Below are positions 27,151-40,740 of a DNA stretch of 64,000 nt, piece after piece. The DNA comes from Magallana gigas (Eukaryota). The notes beneath the pieces are model-generated. The model was not told the origin of the DNA, did not search any database, and was given only the letters and a program-made list of their open reading frames with translations. Position numbers and translations under genes: made by a program. Numbering within the stretch: position 1 is the stretch's first letter; every line of letters begins with the position of its first letter. The stretch covers positions 19,964,001-20,028,000 of the forward strand of contig NC_088862.1 in the NCBI RefSeq assembly GCF_963853765.1. The letters run 5' to 3'.

Positions 27151-28440
27151 CTGATATCAAGAAAAAGGGGCTGGCCCCTCAAATAAGGGACCTAGAGGGC
27201 TCTAAAGTCTTTTACCCATAACTCTTTACCGAGGAATATTTTGTAATAAATTATAGAAGCAAATATGTTTATCTCACAGATATGAAGCCAAGCAGTATAA
27301 CGATTTTCTCATATGTTACGTAATTAGGGATTTTTAGGGGTCAGAAGTCCAAAACTTTGACCACCTATATCTCAAAACGGAAAAATATTTTGAAATGCAG
27401 TATAGAAGAAAAGATGCTCAAAATGATGTACTTAACACCATGCAACCTAAAAAATTTGGTTCAGCGGCCCCAATAAGGCGATAAGGGACCGGCCCCTAAA
27501 ACATTCTTTCTCAGATATCTCAAGAATGGTAACGAATTTCTGAACACTTGTTGAACAAAATGTCTTTATAATTAAATGACCTTTCATTTGATACCAAGAA
27601 AAAGGGGCTGGCCCCTCAAATAAGGGACCTAGAGGGCTCTAAAGTCTTTTTACTATAGTTCTTTACTGAGGGATATCTTGTAATAAATTATAGAAGCAAA
27701 TATGTTTATCTTACAGTTATGAAGCCAAGCAGTATAACGATTTTTTCATATGTTACGTAATTAGGGATTTTTAGGGGTCAAAAGTCCAAAACTTTGATCA
27801 CCTATATCTCAAAACGGAAAAATATTTTGAAATGCAGTATAAAAGAAAAGATGCTCAAAATGATGTACTTAACAACATGCAACCTGAAAAATTTGGTTCA
27901 GCGGCCCCAATAAGGAGATAAGGGACCGGCCCCTAAAACATTCTTTCTCAGATATCTCAAGAATGGTGACGAATTTCTGAACACTTGTTGAACAAAATGT
28001 CTTTATAATCAAATGACCTTTCATCTGATACCAAGAAAAAGGGGCTGGCCCCTAACGGTAGGGACCTAGAGGGCTCTAAAGTCTTTTTCCTATAGTTCTT
28101 TACCGAGGGGTATTTCGTAATAGATTATATAAGCAAATATGTTTATCTAACAGTTATGTAGATTACCTTATTATGATTTTTCTCATGTGTTACGTAATTA
28201 AGGATTTTAGGGGTCAAAAGTCCAAAAATGTGATAACCTATATCTCAAAAAGAAAAATATTTTGAAATGCAGTATAAAAGAATAGATGCTCAAAATAATG
28301 TACCTAATAACATGCAACCTTACAATTTTTGTTCAGCGGCCCCAATAAGGAGATAAGGTCCGGCCCCTAAAATATTCTTTCTGAGATATCTCAAGAACGG
28401 TGACGAATTTCTAAACACTTGTTGAACAAAACTCTTACAC
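27151..28440 (+). repeat. Three tandem 437-bp units inside the outer HINE
   Basis: The (c/t)tgata(t/c)caagaaaaaggggctggcccct motif recurs at 27151, 27588 and 28025, a period of exactly 437. Confidence 0.95.
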
Positions 28441-28553
28441 CTGAAACAAAATAGTATCACTTAAAATGAAGATCCTCTTTTCCTGTTTTAAATCATGTAT
28501 AGCTGTTAAATAGCAAAATCAAGATCGAACATAAATCTCAATTTCTAAAATCA

Positions 28554-28597
<44 letters not shown>

Positions 28598-30214
28598 CCT
28601 CTTATGTTTGCATTTGAAATCTGCGACTATGAATAAATTTTGCTTATTCATGCGCCATGAACACAAATTTAACGTCATCACGTGTTTTGAGTATATTTAT
28701 TTTTTTTAAGATTAAATGAAACGTTCAGCCTTACATTACCAATTTCATATGACTGTAATTTTAACAAATATCATTTAATTATATCTACTCCTTAATAAAA
28801 AAAAATTCTCTACAAAGTTTACGGCACTATAATTTTAGTCGCGGAAGCGAACTAATTACTAGTAACATGTTTTAAATATGGTTCCATACTGTTAAATAAA
28901 TACTGTTCCATGTATGTTTCATATCCCTGACTGAGAGCGTATTTAACAGTAAATATAATAGCGTTACAACTACGATACACATATATTTCATTACAAATAG
29001 ACATCAGTATAAATATAAAAATAAGCTTTGAATGCTTATTTTTGGATGTCGTCGGTCCTAGTATATCTTGATCATTATAACAAAATAACACAGTATTAAA
29101 GATATTGAGTTTTTTAATTTTTTTATCAAGTCAAAATTGTTTGACTTCATATTTAAACATATATTTCTATTTTCTCTTATAATTCACATCATAAACAAGA
29201 ATTTAAAAAAGCAATATTTCGATATAAGATGAAACATTTTAGAATTAATATTTTTCTTTCCGCCTGTGCTCATTCTCGACCTTTTTCTATCTGCCTTCAA
29301 AGAAAAAAATATATTTGGTTCTCAAATAAGGTGGTACATGTACATATGAAATGTCCTCTGCGAGACACATTTTGTTTGTCCCGTCACGTTACCTTTCAGA
29401 CCAATCAGATGACGCATTAAAAAGAATTATGATACTAATTAGTGGTAACTTATTACTGCTGAATAAGATAATACGCGTATATATACGTAATAAAAAGGCA
29501 AATTAAGTGCTAATCAGAGATAACTGAAAAAAATAGACCTTACTGATGCTATACTAAGTCGTACACACAGATCGTCTTTTCAGCGTAATTTATCGTATAA
29601 TGTCATATTTGATTGTACGAAGGGTGTGTGGAGTCGTAAGAAAAATAGACTTATTCGAAATAATGAGACGATGGGTCATATGAACGAGAATCTCGAGGAA
29701 GATACACTTCTGTAAATCTCTTTACTGTTGTAGAATCATCGATATTTGTGGAGGTATCGTGGCACAAGCCGACATCCTAAACGGACTCTAAAACGTGAGT
29801 TCTATAGATACATGTAGTTTATACATAAAAGTATACTCGTAATAACGAGATCTTTTCTCGTAATTACGAGATAAAAATATTTTTTTATGACTATTCGTCT
29901 TTCGTAGATTTCACTCTGTTAATTATATATACGTAATGTCGCGTTATTTCGACAAATCACTTCCTACTTCTAATAGACAATTAATTAAATATACAAATTA
30001 TGAGATTATGTATCGATTTAACAATTTAATGCGTAATTATTATGACTTACAAAAGTTAAGTTCGGTCTTTCAAATCGTGATATTTATTCAGTAATAAATG
30101 TTTATTACATCATGTATTTCGTAATTACGACTATTCATCTTGAAGGCTCAGTAAAACAAGAATAAACTTAATTGATATCCACAAAAACAATACCAAAAAC
30201 AAAAAATAGAAATA

Positions 30215-31003
30215 AACTAGACACGATCTCGTTGTGCGCAACGAGTGGGTCTTCCGTTTGATTATGAATAAATGATAGGGTTGAATCAAAATGTTGACAT
30301 TTGGTACAAGTTACTATATTAACTTCCTTTTAACTAATTTTTTTACCTACACTGCAATATTGAGATTTCCGGAAAAGGTCATTTTAAAACTGCAATATCT
30401 CTGCAATACGTTGTCTGATTTTAAAACGGTTCTTAGTTTTGTATTCAGTACAAAAATGTCTACAAAACGTATATGCTATAATTGAAATTTTGGAATCGCG
30501 ACCGGAAGTGACGGACAGCCTGCTCATATTAAAATTTGATAAGTTTAAAACATATTCTGATGAAAAGAAATTGTAAATGTTTTAATTTGAAAATTTTTTA
30601 AAACACAATTTTCTAAAAATGCTGTTTGAGCGGACCAGAAGTGACGGACGATCATGGTTTTACCTGTCCGGCACCAAGAATTCAAAAATATACATGTAAT
30701 ATTCCTTAAAATTTCAATGTTCTATCTTTAATCGTTTTTGAGAAATAGGGAGAACAAAATCACTTTTTAAAAAAAGACCAGAAGTGACGTCTTCAACAAA
30801 AATATACGGTACGTGATAAACGACCTTGATATTTTGTATTATTCTTGAAAATTACTTAAAAATCCGTTGTAGCAGATATAAATTATTTGAGTTTTTAGAA
30901 AAATGTTAAGAAAAAAAAACAGAATAATAATAATAGTGAAAAATAGAGAAAAAGAAACCTAACAAAAACCATAGAGTCTTCCGTTGGAAACGGAAGACCC
31001 TAA
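30215..31003 (-). mobile_element. Third HINE sharing the GGTCTTCCGT subTIR, opposite orientation, lacking the 437-bp array
   Basis: aactagacacgatctcgttgtgcgcaacgagtgggtcttccgt at 30215 and gtcttccgttggaaacggaagacc at about 30976-30999. Internal gacc(g/a)gaagtgacg occurs three times. Confidence 0.88.
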
Positions 31004-32065
31004 TAAATAAACAAAAATTGTGAAAACATAAACCAAAAAATAAGAAAATCCAGCTTCATTCCTAAAAATGAAGAAAATATAATGAACAGTTTGAAAAATC
31101 AAACAATTTGTAAAAATGATAATTAGTTGAAAAAATATTATACTTCTGTGGAAACATACGTAAGTAGATTCAGATATAATTTACTTACGTATTTACTCTG
31201 TCTTTTGATGTATATGTCGTCTTATCACGTGTAAACACGTTGTTTATGTATCTCTTTCTATTGTGTATGTTGTAAATTACAACCAAAGAGATGAAACAAA
31301 CTTTTTCTTATTTAAATTATTGTAATTAAAACGAGCGAATGAATTTCTTTGATAGATACATGTATCATATTTCAAATCAATTCCGATAATGATCTGACAA
31401 TGTATTTCAAATAATCAAATCATGAAATGTCTGCCAGTAATTTTAGGATGAGTAGAAATACAAACTGGTTGTATCCAGAATTATTGTTCGAAAATGCAGT
31501 TGAAAACAGGGTCAGTTTCAGTTGAGAACCATTCAATGATAAACGACAAAGGCAAAATGAGATAACCGTATCCTCTAAGGGATACCCATCCTCAATAAAC
31601 TATTTCAGTTACTGTTCTACAGATATAATATATCTCAGACGATTTCTTTTTTTCTTTTACACTACGCCTATTGGCATTGCTTATTATAAGGTAATCTTGC
31701 AGTCGTTCGATGAATCTCCCAAAATCATATTAAATATAGAATTAAGATTCTTTCATCAAATATATAGTTACGCAATAATGGACGTTATTTGATAATTTCA
31801 AGAAACATTAAACATGAATAGTATGAAGTATTCCCAAAGCATAACTTAGTTTTCTGTTGTTCCCACGGACATAAAGTGATTGTCAACGAAGAAAAAAGTG
31901 TATTACATATAATGGTGTGGGAATAAACAAAATATGTACATTTAAAAGCAACCAATTGGCGACGCATTATCAAGTTCATCAACACGTGATCATGAAACAA
32001 TATTCAAATCTACAAAGTATTATTCCCTCTATTTCTTACGGAAACCTATAGTTAATTCATAGCTC

Positions 32066-32465
32066 TATAGAAACAGCAAGACTGAAATCTACACGCCCCG
32101 TTTATCGATTGGTCGAAATCTACAGCTGCTGAAACTAATAAGAAACTGACAGGACAGATATAGACACGCTCTGTTTATCGATTGGTCCAAACCTACAGCG
32201 ACCTAGAAAAAATCAAGGACTGCACGTAATAATCATGACGATGTCATACTCAAAGTCTCACAGGAGGCGATTTGGCTGTTTCTTTTAGCTAAAGTACTTA
32301 CGAACATTGACAGTAATTTAGTGAATTTAATTTACTTTTCATAATCAATTTATCAATTAGCTAAAAAAAAAATGTTAATGCTAACGCGGGTTATGTATTT
32401 TTTCTGCAATGTCGCTACCTTCATATCCCGAATGAATCACCAAAGAAAGCATTTTATTGTTTAAA
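32066..32465 (-). mobile_element. Second copy of the 1085-1587 repeat family, opposite orientation, without the fold-back
   Basis: Co-linear reverse-complement match to 1085-1190 plus 1297-1587. Confidence 0.75.
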
Positions 32466-35400
32466 TATACAGCATATCATGGATATTAAATAGATTTTTT
32501 TAAAATAATAAATTACAGTAAATGATTCAAAATGATTTGTACATCAGCTGTCAATTAACTTTTTAAACTACGTAAATCATACTTTAGAAAATTTATGTTC
32601 TGAACAAAACCGCATATATCAAAAGTTTTACACCAGTGTCGTAAAAAAAATTAAAAACTTGTAAGCTTTTAATACCATAGTTATAATTCTATTCTTAGAA
32701 TACTAGCAATGGAAAAAATCGAAGTTCCAAGTTATCTGAAGTTTACAAATAGAGACATAAAAGAACTATTAGTGAAGAATGTCGGGGTCTTCCGTTGCTC
32801 CCCCAACAGATTTGGTTATTATGAACGCCATCTTTACCACTGCAGTCTATTTTCCCTCCAATATCGATATGTCTCGTGGACAGTGTTTTATTTATGGAAT
32901 ACTTGATAGGAATGCTAGGATTTTGATAAAATAATGCAATTGTCCTCAAGAGACCAAAGCAATGGCTGTAGAATAGCGACTGAAACTCTATCTATTCCTG
33001 CCTATTTTAGAAACTTAAGTGGACGTTGGAGTCAGTTTGGCAAAATTCTTTATCAAATTGCATACCCATACTTTTATCTTTCTTAATACACATCACATAT
33101 CTATGACCAATTCTTGTATGTAAATGAAGTTTGTCACGATTTAAGCTGTAATTTTTTATATCTTAAGTTTCCCATTTTTATTGTTTATATCTATAGTATA
33201 GCCTAAGCTTTTTACTTTCTTATGAGAACCCAGACTGTCCGTTGTCCTGTGAAGAGCGATAGTTACACAAATCTAACCATCTTTACTTTGAAGACTTGCC
33301 TCTGCAATGGTTTTGCTTGTTGATTCTGAACACAATCACACAGTCCCTATCGTTTGCTAATTTCGTTCTTTAAAGGGGTAAAAACAAGATTGGAGTTTGT
33401 TGTTTTTGAATTTTTTTTTGGAATTATTAGTTGTTGTTGCCTTGAATGGTTAACATGGACATTTCAAAGCTTTACTAAAATATTAATGTAAGCTTTACTA
33501 AAAATGTTAATGTCATTAGTCGTGCTTTAAGCGTGAAACAGAGTTCGAATTTTTTTCCTCGAGTCAATTTTTTGTCGACAATGGTGTTATATTGATTTAT
33601 GTTTATCTAAAAAAAATTGCCGTTTAAAAAGTTTTTTTTGTGAACATGGTAAAGCAATTTATAATGTTTGTCACAAATCGTTAAACCTACATGCTATGCT
33701 AGTTTTTTTTGTGCGGAAAAGGTAAGAAGTTGGATTTGGCTTTGAGATTTGCTCTTTGTAAACAAAAGCCTTGTGTTTGAAAAATTAATGAGTAAAGCTC
33801 GGGTCAAGGACCATTCACTCAAATAGAACTGACTCATCCAGGCAAAAAAAAAACCATGGACACAACCAATCCTCTCCATAGAAAAGTTTAAATCAATCCA
33901 CACACATTGGCGTGTTCATATTTCGTTTCAAATCGGCTGTACTATCCGATTTGATAACACAGTTTTTTTTGTAGTAAAAATGTTTATTTTAATCTATTAT
34001 TATTTCGTAAACGACATATTTATCAAATTCAATTGTGTATATACATCAGTAAATATTTAGTTACATTTACCGACGCCGTTAAAAACTTTTAGCATTAGTA
34101 GTCGGAAATCTTTTTGCTGATGCTTGTTTTTTCAAAAAAATTATTTTGCTATCTAATATCAGTCAACAAAAATGATTGCTACTGATAAAATGTAGTCGAT
34201 TTTTTTTTGTCTCGGACTAACGTTATACAATATAACGATACTCTCTTTGAAATTTGAATAACGACAGCGATGTAAGGACAGGTTAACACGACTCTTATCA
34301 AGGCTGGTAAATGGTGAGAGACAATGCACTGCAACAAAAGTTAAGTTACTGAAATTATTACAAAAAAACCTCCTAATGACATCTAATGATTCAACGCGTC
34401 AGTCCATCAGATCCATTCATATAGAGTTTGCTGTGCCGCGGGGGGTATAGAAATGAAGCAATTTGTTCAAATGTTCTGACAATTAAACATTAAGGACACT
34501 CTCATTGATCGGAAATTGAGTATGTTGTAAAGGTGCTCGATCGCTTTTTGCAAAGTTCTCTATTGGTTTATACTAGAAACAATGAAACACCCGACCAGCT
34601 TCGAAAACCACAAGACGAACCATAAATAATTACTGGATTTTAGGTGGGCTGGATGGTTAAGGCAATTGTTAGATTATATTGCTCTCCTCATGAAGAAGAT
34701 CTTTGTATAAAGATATAGTAAACAAATTTTTTAAGATTTATGAAAATTTTCTTTACATAATAATAGTATAAAGTTTATACAACATACATGTAGCGTAAAG
34801 TTGTAGGTAAATCATCTGGTGGCTAATTTGTTTACCATTTAGCCTCCTTAAGAAGATAATTCTACGCACGTGCTGGCCCCATGTTACACTGCCGACCGTG
34901 CAGCTGATTAAATTGGAATAATGAGTAAAAGTGACACATTCAAACTTGATTCAGTTAATTTAGTGTATTTCTTCCTCTCCCTTCTCTCTCTATTTATTTC
35001 CCCTCAGGGAGATAATTAACAACACTAGGAATCAAATTTTTCATCCCCTTATCAAAAGAAAATAAAACGTATTCAATACCTTCAGAATACACTTTACGAA
35101 ACAAGCTTATTTATCAAAATCAATTAGGTCTTATATCATGTTTAGGTTTGCAGTGAGAAATAAATTTAGATAAATGACTGGGAGTATAGAGGCTTATGAC
35201 GGTCGTTAATTCCTCCTGGCGTTTTACAGGGCATAAGATCATCTTAACTCCATTATGGGTTGTTGGACATAAAGATGTTCTTTTCCATTGATCTTCTTAT
35301 GACTACACAGATTGTTTTATTTCAATATATAAACTTGCTCTCGGTTACGAACTGTTGAAGACACCCTGTCAAACACTGTACAACTTAGGTAGAATTCAGA

Positions 35401-38400
35401 ATACAAGTAAACTAACGATAATTGTTAGGATGGTAACGCAGCACATGGCAATAGAAATATACATTTCATAAAGTATTAAAATTGCTATTAATTTTCAGAG
35501 AGAAAGTAGCGAAGAAAGTAAATAAATAGAATATACAAATTTGAGGGTGTTGCACTTCCTATGCTAAGTTTCCCTAAGGGAGTTGCAGATAAAATGGAAG
35601 AATTCGATATTAATATTTTTTGCATGCATTGTTGTGTATAAAGCAGTGTAGAATTTCATTTGAAAAGTTTGTACTAACTTATTGAAGACCATGAAATGAA
35701 TTTGAAAATGGTTACACTGACAAACGTGGCAGATTTCACGCTTTATTAAAGGGGAATCCTCATCACTGTGAAAAACTGCCTCCTTGAAACAAAATCAATT
35801 TAATCTTAATGTTTAGAGTATAACAATTTCTTGAAAACTGCCATTTCTGATTTTTGTTTCAAAGAGGCATTTTAATAAATCTGACTTTTGGAAAAAAAAT
35901 CATATATACATTTGAAATCTAAAAAAGATGTGTTAAATTTCCCCTCTTTACATGTAATTCATGTCTAGATTAGTCGAGTGGTAACGCAGTTAGAATAGAT
36001 CATAACAATGTCTTACATTTTTGACTGGGTCAAATCCCGAAAAAGATGGATTTTTAAAATTATAGTTCTTTTAATCGCATGGACAAGTAATGTATATAGA
36101 TACTTTAAGAACGTCAGAATAAAGTTATTTAAATTCCTGTTAATGAAATATTTTGCATGTCTTCTCATTTTCTTCTGAACAAGAGATTTGAAAACAATGT
36201 ATTCATAATGCATTAATGTAGAAAGTTGATTTTTCACCCTTTTTTTTAAATGACCGGGTATACTGATTTCAAAAATACATGTACAGGTTGTTAAAAGCGA
36301 ACAAAAACATTTTTAAAAGTTTGAATCGAGGATGAAGCAATATGTTACTGAAAATATGTACTGATTACTAGTAATTTGTTCTACCTTTTTATCTAGGAGA
36401 TTTAGCGTTTATTTAGATATTATAGAAACATGGGATGGTTACAATTACAACTCTGACGGTTTTGAAGAGCCAGAATCAGATTTATTCATATATTTCAAGA
36501 ATGATTTTTTTAAAACACGTTGGACAGTAGAAATCAAATTGATATATTTTAACATTAAAATACAGAATATATGGTTATATTTCTAAATGTATTTCGTGGT
36601 TGCCATGTTCGATAGAAATGTGCGTAAAATATTTGTTTACTATTATTTTGCCTTCATACGGAACACACCCGCTATGTAAATTTAGTCGTCCACGTAATGT
36701 GTCTATATTTAAATATGGCTCCTAAATGATACGGATATCTTGAGGTCCTTTCCACGTTAGGGAATAGACCCGCTTTTATGCAACACCTTCTTTACAACAT
36801 CAACACTAGACATCCACTTGAATCCGGTTTTGGCCTGTTGCCCCTTGGAACCCACTTTCTTAGCACTGTGCTAGTTTATTATCGCTAAGTGTGAGTTAGC
36901 AATATAAACAACTACATGTATGGGAATACCTATGCAATGTGGCAATTATATATTTTACAAAAATATTATTTGGTCCACGTTATCTAGTTCCACTGAGTGA
37001 GATAAGTCACCAAACGGTTGACCATATATCTCAACCATTTCATTGGCACAATGGTAGTACATGTATCGGTAAGCGCTTCTAATGTACCAGCTAACATGAG
37101 TTAGTTATGACCTTTCCATACCCATAAAGGAAGTGTTACAGACACCAACCATTCATCACTACTATACCCCAAATTCAGCATGGGAATGTTGTAAATGAGC
37201 CATATGTTGTAGGTAATAATTAAAATATATAACTCTAGCACTCTTGGAGATTCTTGTATATGTTAAGTGTTAAGAAGTTAGTAGCAATGTATGTCGATAC
37301 TAAATATTAAATAAGTAAAAGTCAAGTTGTAAAATGACTTTCGCCCTTCAACATCGGTTAAAAGTTGTGCATATTTTCTGCAAATAAACATAATTTAAAA
37401 TCTTAAAGAAAAAATAGAAATGAATACTCATCCTTTTCTTTTTTACTAAATTTAGCTTGCATACAATGTTTGAATTTTATGCATAAAAACAAACATGTTT
37501 CAAGATCCTGTTATGTGGTTGTATGTTTGAGTTTCAGCTAAACACACTTATCTTATTTACATGTAAGATATGCGTTAGGTTTGGCATCGAACAGGAACAT
37601 CAGGTCTCTGTTTGAACTCTTTTGAACGGAGATTAGTTTAACTCTGTTTTCTTGTTCTTATTTGTCTAATTCAAAGCAATAGTAATATAATACATATAGT
37701 TTTACATCTTAAAGCAAAATTGATTTTATAATTACCAATTCACAGCTCTACAATATGCAACAAATAAATTCTATCGGGTGATTTCATCAATGCCCATCAT
37801 TCAAGTAATGAGGCGCAAAAATATCAATAGACAGACATAAGCACCTCTCTTAGACAAGTTTGAACTCAATTACAAGAACGCGGAAGTTCCCAATTTCTGA
37901 ACTAATGATTTATATTGTCTGCAAATTAAAAAGAACTGATCACTTAAATATACATCTGACGTAATCAATGTTCTATCGCACTACATTGACAACAGAACGC
38001 TATAATTAACACCATCATTTATATATTTTGAACCTAGATGCAATTTATGAAATCTTAGAATTGAATTCAATCACAATCTGAAGATATATATTATGTGCAC
38101 TAATGAATACTTAAAATAAGTTTATCATTCTACATTCAATATTCTTCGGCAATTATTGGCAATTTTCATATGGTTCGTTTTTGTCTCTAGTCAAACGCAG
38201 AGACATAAACATATTTTCAATAACACTGCGTGATGTATTATTATCAGAGTTATTAACAAATGTCCTTACAATTTTCAGCACAAATCTGATAGGGCTATCT
38301 ATCAGTGTCATCTTACAAATCCCCCGCCGCATAACATTTCAAAGGCTGGGCCGAGGTATGATAGATATCTGTCATCTGATTATTCCATGGTTATTAAAAC

Positions 38401-38487
38401 TAGAAACGAAACGAACTGTATCGTTAGAAAAACAAACAAAACGAATCGTATCGTCCAAAGGACGTACCGTTCAAAAAACGAACCATG

Positions 38488-38676
38488 CCTGCGCGGATCC
38501 AGAAAAAAATTTCCCGGGGGGGAGGGGTCCGACGCTTTTTTGAGCTTGCTATGGCGTGGGGGGAGGGGGTCCGAGGCATATTGCTGGTATTTTTATAATG
38601 TAATTTAAAGAAATTTGAATTTTGCAAGGAGGGGGGGGGGTCCAAACCCCCTGAACCCTCTTTAGATCCGCAAATG
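38488..38676. mobile_element. Short G-rich MITE of the CATGCGCGGATC...GATCCGCGCATG type (degenerate)
   Basis: Left end cctgcgcggatcc, right end gatccgcaaatg, with internal G tracts. Confidence 0.75.
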
Positions 38677-38911
38677 CGTGCCATGTAAGTTACATATTCA
38701 TAAAATACACGGTACCGTGTAACTGATGAAGTATCCGGTTTCAGATTTCAGTTGCGCAACTGGTCATACATTTACGAAATCAAAAAATGTAAGGGTACAA
38801 CGCATCAAGCTGTAGAAATGACGAGTTATTTTGAAGAAAAATAGTTGAAAAAGTTAAAGATTGCTTTAAAGGAAAAATTCATAACTTTTTGTTTGTTATG
38901 TTTGTGCTTAA

Positions 38912-39235
38912 GGTGGTATGGGACAGATCCATGTTGTGAAATACTATTCATCGAAATAAACAAAACAAAAAAATCAAGCGTAATTTTATAGATATTTTTT
39001 CCCTTTAAATTTGTACTTAACAGCGTAGCGCAGTGGGTTAGAGATTTCAATATGTCTCTGTAAGTCATGAGTTCGAATCCCGCGGGGGTTTTTAAAATGT
39101 TTACCTTTCCAATAATTTTCAAAACGTATTTTTTGGTTAAATATTGTAAAATTTGAAAATTCTAAACCGGTGAAAGTATCTTATTTATAGTTGCGTTATA
39201 ATTCACAATATTATTGACAGATGTCCCATACCACC
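38912..39235. mobile_element. TTAA-target MITE (Kolobok-like GG..CC termini) carrying a tRNA-derived segment
   Basis: Perfect 14-bp TIR ggtggtatgggaca / tgtcccataccacc. Flanks are TTAA (38908-38911) and TGAA (39236-39239). Confidence 0.85.
39026..39080 (+). promoter_or_regulatory. RNA polymerase III type-2 internal promoter-like A and B boxes (tRNA-derived)
   Basis: A box TAGCGCAGTGGG at 39026-39037 fits TRGCNNARYNNG. B box AGTTCGAATCC at 39070-39080 is one mismatch from GGTTCGANTCC. Confidence 0.65.
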
Positions 39236-40740
39236 TGAACGAAGAACTACATAAAACTCCGATTCTCGTTTTTGTGTTAAGATATCTTATGAGAAAAGAG
39301 CATAGTGTAGTGAACTTGGAGGTAATCGTCGTATTGATTATAGTGATCTCCTGGTTTTCACTGAAGCATAACGTAGTAATAGATTGTATATATCGCCACA
39401 GTATTTAATTTAAAGTAAATAGTCCTGAATAAGAAATTGAAATTACAAAGTTTCTTCATTTAAAAAAAATCTTTGACTAAAGTCATCTTCTTGCATTATC
39501 CCTCTATCATAAGTTATGTTAGTTATATCTGAAAACGTATACGTATACATCCGTATCGCTTAGGAGCCATATTTAAATATAGACACATTACGTGGACGAC
39601 ATAATTCTGTTTGAATTTGACTCGAATTATTAGATAAACCAAAAATTCAAGGAATATAATTGTGCAGTGCAGTGCAGAAGATGAAATTATTTGAATTTTT
39701 GGGTAATAAGTCACAGTCAAACTTTAATCCTCTACTTAAAAATTAATTTTCCTTTGTTAGATTACATATTTTTGTGTAATCTGTAGTAATTTATATTCAA
39801 GTGGTTCACGACACTGCATCTCCATACACACATGGCAAATACTTTACAAAATATACAGTTTGTATTAGTTAACAAAAGAAAAAAGTTCAAAAAGTTCTTT
39901 AAATCAGGGTTAGTGTTAAAATACATTTATTTAGATTCCATTTTGATTCAGAATACAAGTAATGAAGTATTTATAAATGGTATAATGTACTTGGCATCAT
40001 GATCTATATATACTAGTATTCGGATCAAAAACATCACCCCCGGTAATCCTGTAAGCCATACTGACCTCAATTGCTTTCCAACATGGCAAGGGAAAAGAAT
40101 ACTTATTCAATAAATAATGTAATTCGCAGTAACAAACGTCAAATCAGCTATCATAATGTGTTTAATATGAAAGGAACGGCAAGATTTGGTGAAGAGTACG
40201 TCATTAGATTGAGGTCTCCGCTGGAGCAGGCCTCCAAACACCGGCTATAGCAGTACTCTGTCAGGCTTAGACCTTATCTACGGAGGCACTGAAATGAATA
40301 ATTGTGTTTCAGCAAACGGTTAGTGTTTTTATAAATCTTTGACCTTTTCCTAGAAATTGAATAAGAACATATATTGATATTATCTCCGTCTATTTTACGT
40401 CATTCAGTTTCACCAATACTCGCATGTTTAACTCAAATCCATACAAAACTATTGATATAATAATTCTTTTATTTCCCCATTTTTTAATATAAAAGATGTT
40501 AAAAATTATTTTATTTCTCAAAAAAGTTACGATAACGTTTCATTTTCAATGGTAAGGTATTCTGTAATATTGAAATGAAATAGTGATACTCATGGAAAGA
40601 AATGAAGTTTTGTTATTAGTATAAAATCTTTTGGCTTTTATATTAATATGAAATCTTTATCTCTATAGCAAACTGTAAAAAAATGTTGATTAACCTCATA
40701 TTTATTCTTTGTTACCTGTTTGTGTTTCCCCACGTCATTA

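Larger units (their letters stand above)
25162..28597 (+). mobile_element. Outer Helentron-associated element (HINE/DINE-1 architecture), interrupted by a family member
   Basis: 5' subTIR hairpin aaggtcttccgt-ttcca-acggaagacctt at 25164-25192 and a (TAT)n tract. Body resumes at 26716. 3' subTIR acggaagacct, stem-loop ctcgttg-ctcg-caacgag, and end tctagtt at 28597. Confidence 0.9.

Noticed and set aside
32709-32949. ORFs MEKIEVPSY... (+) and MRTIALF... (-) as genes
   Set aside because: Short, overlapping on opposite strands, no domain recognised. The embedded gggtcttccgtt subTIR-like word has no partner end.
35230-35388. Plus-strand selenoprotein exon (AG/GT-bounded frame with one TGA)
   Set aside because: No recognisable selenoprotein motif and no SECIS found; a chance frame is equally likely.
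39022-39090. Functional tRNA gene
   Set aside because: A and B boxes are present, but acceptor, anticodon and T stems do not pair into a cloverleaf, and it lies inside a MITE.
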